From the NCBI RefSeq assembly GCF_000400465.1, contig NW_008806278.1, positions 60,001 through 92,000 on the forward strand: a stretch of DNA of 32,000 bases, written 5' to 3'. Source of the DNA: Wallemia ichthyophaga EXF-994. Its lineage: Eukaryota > Fungi > Basidiomycota. The notes below the pieces were generated by a model. The model was not told the origin of the DNA, ran no database searches, and worked only from the letters and a program-made list of their open reading frames with translations. Positions 28,577-32,000 of this stretch are shown piece by piece. Made by a program: the position numbers and the translations under genes. Numbering within the stretch: position 1 is the first letter of the stretch; each line of letters begins with the position of its first letter.

Positions 28577-29284
28577 ATGAACACAGTTCTGCGCAAACGT
28601 AAACTTACAACGGAGCAGAAGAATAATATCGTTAAACTCGCTAAAACAAATCCAAAGATGAGGCAAGATGAGATTGCGAGGCAGTTTGGTGTGGATAGAT
28701 CGACGATATCAAAGGTTTTGACGGATGCAAAGAAAGCGAGAAAACTTGCGAGTGATAATACTGAATTTGGCAATCAGGAGGAGCCCGTTGAGCAATTGAC
28801 GCAGGATAATTATTCACACTCAACGGGTAGTCGCAGTAGATCATGCTCAAATGAAATGAAAGAAACGAGTGAAATTAGTATACCACTTGATATTTACAGT
28901 ACAGGATATCAAACACAAACACATTACAGTCCATATTCAAGTTATTCATCGTCTTTGGAATCATCACACTCACAAACAATTAATCAGCACTTTGATTCAC
29001 TTAGTTTTACTAATTATATAAGTTATGAGGAGGATGAGCATGATGACAAAGGTTTTGTTAGTGAGCTTAAGGTACTTGATGCACTTGGTGTGGTTAAGAA
29101 GTTTTTGGAGGAGAGGAGTTCTGTTGAAGGTACTCATACTCATACTCATAGCCATAGTAACAATCAGATACACACAAATAGCCACAACAATCACTTCATA
29201 CCCAATACACAAGATATAACAAACATTGACAACTTATTTTATCGGATTCAGTCGAGTATTGACGAGGATGTACAATTTTATTGA
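28577..29284 (+). CDS. CENP-B/pogo-type N-terminal HTH (psq-like) DNA-binding protein lacking a DDE domain
   Basis: First ATG 28577. RKRKLTTEQKNNIVKLAKTNPKMRQDEIARQFGVDRSTISKVL matches the CENP-B/Tigger HTH pattern, followed by a Ser-rich low-complexity linker and a short helical C-terminus. Intronless. Confidence 0.8.
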   Translation: MNTVLRKRKLTTEQKNNIVKLAKTNPKMRQDEIARQFGVDRSTISKVLTDAKKARKLASDNTEFGNQEEPVEQLTQDNYSHSTGSRSRSCSNEMKETSEISIPLDIYSTGYQTQTHYSPYSSYSSSLESSHSQTINQHFDSLSFTNYISYEEDEHDDKGFVSELKVLDALGVVKKFLEERSSVEGTHTHTHSHSNNQIHTNSHNNHFIPNTQDITNIDNLFYRIQSSIDEDVQFY

Positions 29285-29300
29285 TTGGCTTATGGCAATC

Positions 29301-29370
29301 TACGGGAATATACGGAAATGCACAGGAATTCACAGAAATTTTCAGAAACACTCAGTAACACTCAGAGATA
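29301..29370. repeat. Seven degenerate 10-bp tandem units
   Basis: tacgggaata tacggaaatg cacaggaatt cacagaaatt ttcagaaaca ctcagtaaca ctcagagata. Confidence 0.75.
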
Positions 29371-29407
29371 CACGCTAGTTTGTATATTAAACATCATATG
29401 TATCATT

Positions 29408-30038
29408 TCAAATTACGCGCTTCACTTCAAAGAAGGCTTTAAGGTAGTAAACTTGCCACGCACAAGTCACGATCAATAGTCCAGATTGAGCAATAGACCA
29501 CCATTTCACTCTGCTATTAGTTGATTCTGCGGTATCCCTATGACTCCTCTCCCTTGCTTTTAAATATTCATGCTCATCTTGGACAGCCTTAACGTTATCT
29601 GCGAGGATACGTATTTCCTGTTCAATAGGCAAAGTATGACCTTCATCGGGGACATAAAGAATACCGTGAACGTTGAATGAGATTACTTTATCAGTATTGT
29701 AACTCATTGAGTTTGAAAAGCAGTAAGAGTATCTACCATCCTTATCTGCTGTGAATGAGTAAGTGCCTGTATCTTTACCCAGATTGGTGTAAAGGGGTAT
29801 ATTTGGATCTGAGAGTGCGAAATCGATATCGAGGTTGCCACCGCTGGATACTTGATAAGTTACAGTCATCTGCGTGAGTGTGAGTGGGAATTTCCCTTGG
29901 TAACTGCCAGTATATATCCACCTCATCATTCTTATGCAAGTCCTCAAAGTAACAATCCTTTGAGCGTGGTGGAATATTTATTATATATGCGTTGGCTGTG
30001 TATATAATAACCAGTAAAATGTAAAATACATTCAACAT
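29408..30038 (-). CDS. EMP24: p24/GOLD-domain cargo receptor, Emp24 (p24-beta) type
   Basis: Signal peptide; intron 29870-29921; GOLD Cys pair (DCYFE, YSYCFSN); coiled coil; RER.HRDTAESTNSRVKWWS; TM helix; FFEVKRVI tail. Confidence 0.95.
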
Positions 30039-30769
30039 TTTCTAGTTTTTTGTCAATACGATCGTTGTTGGAATCCAAATTCGTCCTTGATAGCTGTCGT
30101 TCTCTTCAGCTTATCGAATTGAGTGCATTTTTAGTCAATTTGTTAATCACATTTATATTTTCGATTGAGAGCAGCTTCTTATTCTCCTTCTCAAGCTCCT
30201 TGTTCATCATAGCGAGTATATCTTCGAATCGAGCGTTTGAAGCCATTTGCAAGATGTTAAACTCATGTTATACAACAAATTAGCTCTCCCGCTTAATTGG
30301 CCTCTGTTGACTAAGTACTTGTGGTTGCGCCTGGTCGTTATCGAACCCGTTTCTCCCTGTTGCCCCATTTCTTCCCAAGTGTCGATATGAGCGTAACCCA
30401 GTGTCAATTTGCGCATTATCTACAATCTGGATTCATACTTAATCTCCTTTTTTAGCAAAATTTTCAGGCTTCTTTTCCCTCCCACTTATAAAAGAAGAGC
30501 CCGTTAATCCTCCTCTCCTTGGTGCACTTTAGCTTTCACCCGCCCCAAACTCATGTTAGGGTTTCGAAGAATTCAACTTAGTTTTAAACCAATGATGCCG
30601 AGCAATGTTAGAACAAAGGATTTACGTTTAGGAAGGAGGAAGCTGCTGAGAATACTTGAAACGCAACTCTTAAAGTAAAATCCAGATGAGAAATTTAAAA
30701 TTTTGCAATTGCACGCATTCTCACAAAGACCGTAATTCAAACGGTATTGGTCGATAAGGTTGTTTCATT

Positions 30770-30787
30770 GAAAGATGATCATCTTTC
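30770..30787. repeat. Perfect 18-bp palindrome GAAAGATGATCATCTTTC
   Basis: Identical to its own reverse complement. Confidence 0.9.
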
Positions 30788-31177
30788 TTAAAGGCATCTG
30801 AAGCAGCAGAAGATGCGACAGAGCCATGTTATAAAAATTTTATTTTATTTGACTACTACTTAAGTTTTGTGCTTAACTCGAGTAGAAAATTTTCGACGTA
30901 TCCAATTTAAGTTGCACCACTACACAGGCCATAACAAAATAGAGAGTACTATGAGGCTAATAAACGCCAATTCAAATTGCATTTATGAGCACATGCTTAC
31001 AACTATGAAATTACCGTTTCGACTTTGTACAAATGAGAATTGAGAAATACATTTACCAAATGAAGTTTACAACTCTATGCTGGCATCTTTTAAGCAGCAG
31101 TAATTTTACCGAAATTTACCATTTGTTTAGCGAGATGAGCCCAACCACGCTTTATACAAAACGACGAACGTCGAGCA

Positions 31178-31877
31178 ATGTCAGAAGCAGAGAAGGTGCG
31201 TGTTTTGTGAATATAACAACCACACACTAATACCCACCAATCAGCAACCAGAAGTACCAGCCACCCAGGAAGAAGAATCCACCGCGCAATTTGAGCCAGT
31301 CGTCAAGCTCACGGAGACAGTTCAAGTTAAAACCAATGAAGAAGACGAGCAAGTATTGTTCAAGATCAGAGCTAAGCTCTTTAGATTCGCAAAGGAATCC
31401 TCTGAGTGGAAGGAAAGGGGTACTGGTGATGTACGTATCCTCCAGCACAAAGAATCTAAAAAAGTTCGCTTGGTTATGCGTAGAGACAAGACTTTGAAGG
31501 TGTGCGCTAACCACTTTCTCACTGAGGATATGAAGCTGTCTCCAAATATTGGCAGTGATCGTAGTTGGGTGTGGGCTGTAGCTGCAGATATCTCTGACGG
31601 TGAACCTTGCGCTGAAACTCTGGCTATTAGATTCGCTAATGCTGACAACGCCAACGCTTTCAAAGAAAAATTCGAGCAAGGTGTCAAGATGAATAGCGAG
31701 TTGAATAATGACAAGGAGGAGAAAGCGGAGGAGAAGGCTGAGGAGAAGGATGAAAAGAAGGCAGAAGAGAAGGCAGAAGAGAAGGCAGAAGAGAAGGCAG
31801 AAGATAAACCAGAAGAGAAGGTAGAAGAAAAGCCAGAAAACTCCAAGCCAGAAGAATCCAAACCAGATTCAACTTAA
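31178..31877 (+). CDS. YRB1: Ran-binding protein 1
   Basis: Exon 31178-31195 (MSEAEK), intron 31196-31244, then the RanBD FEPVVKL...[17 protein letters not shown]...[13 protein letters not shown]...KVCANH...SDRSWVW. Confidence 0.97.
31758..31805 (+). repeat. Coding 12-bp tandem repeat (AAGGCAGAAGAG)x3 plus one variant, within a wider degenerate EEKA array (~31715-31840)
   Basis: Read directly; encodes KAEE repeats in the Yrb1 tail. Confidence 0.9.
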
Positions 31878-32000
31878 ACATACCATTCTAAAGTCATTTG
31901 AATGATAAAATTAATTTCATCTACATCTTCGTATCTACCGCGAAAGTGTTAAGTAGACCATTCTGCCTAGCACGTCTGACTGCTTTACCCAATTTACGCT

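Noticed and set aside
29301-29370. Short tandem arrays as CRISPR-like or transposon termini
   Set aside because: There are no unique spacers, no cas genes and no terminal inverted repeats, and the context is eukaryotic.
30555-30564. AACCCTAAC on the minus strand as a possible telomerase RNA template or telobox
   Set aside because: A single 9-mer is expected by chance at appreciable frequency in 32 kb on two strands. I saw no pseudoknot or CR4/5-like support, and the organism's telomere repeat is unknown to me. Revisit only if the gap proves to be transcribed.

Overview
Very gene-dense eukaryotic (fungal) genomic DNA with no prophage, CRISPR or intact transposon. Protein similarities point to a basidiomycete. 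The tiny intergenic spacers and 27 hand-called GT-AG introns of 42-59 nt suggest a compact genome such as Wallemia (inference, not a database result). I can support 21 protein-coding genes: AFG3-type m-AAA protease, TMEM205/DUF4149-like, ECD/SGT1, mitochondrial L4, a PsuG-PsuK pseudouridine catabolism fusion, eIF2-alpha, IMPDH, VPS25, NOP15, an STK32/YANK kinase, a tail-anchored thioredoxin, ATG13, SPC97/GCP2, an ssSPT-like small subunit, VPS16, NMD3, a CENP-B/pogo-type HTH protein, EMP24, YRB1 and two orphans. There is also one tRNA-Asp(GUC) and a ~400-nt nuclear RNase P RNA gene (27997-28394) that the ORF track misses. The most interesting unexplained signals are: (1) a thioredoxin carrying an SHP-box-like Cdc48-binding motif and a C-terminal membrane anchor; (2) a bipartite long-range inverted repeat between tRNA-Asp and eIF2-alpha; (3) head-to-head gene pairs with start codons only 27-51 bp apart, one with opposite-strand ATGs sharing a CATG palindrome; (4) a transposase-derived HTH-only gene directly downstream of the RNase P RNA; (5) an 88-residue segment inserted in the AFG3 AAA domain. 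Nothing here proves a wholly new system. All exon structures were called by eye and need RNA-seq.
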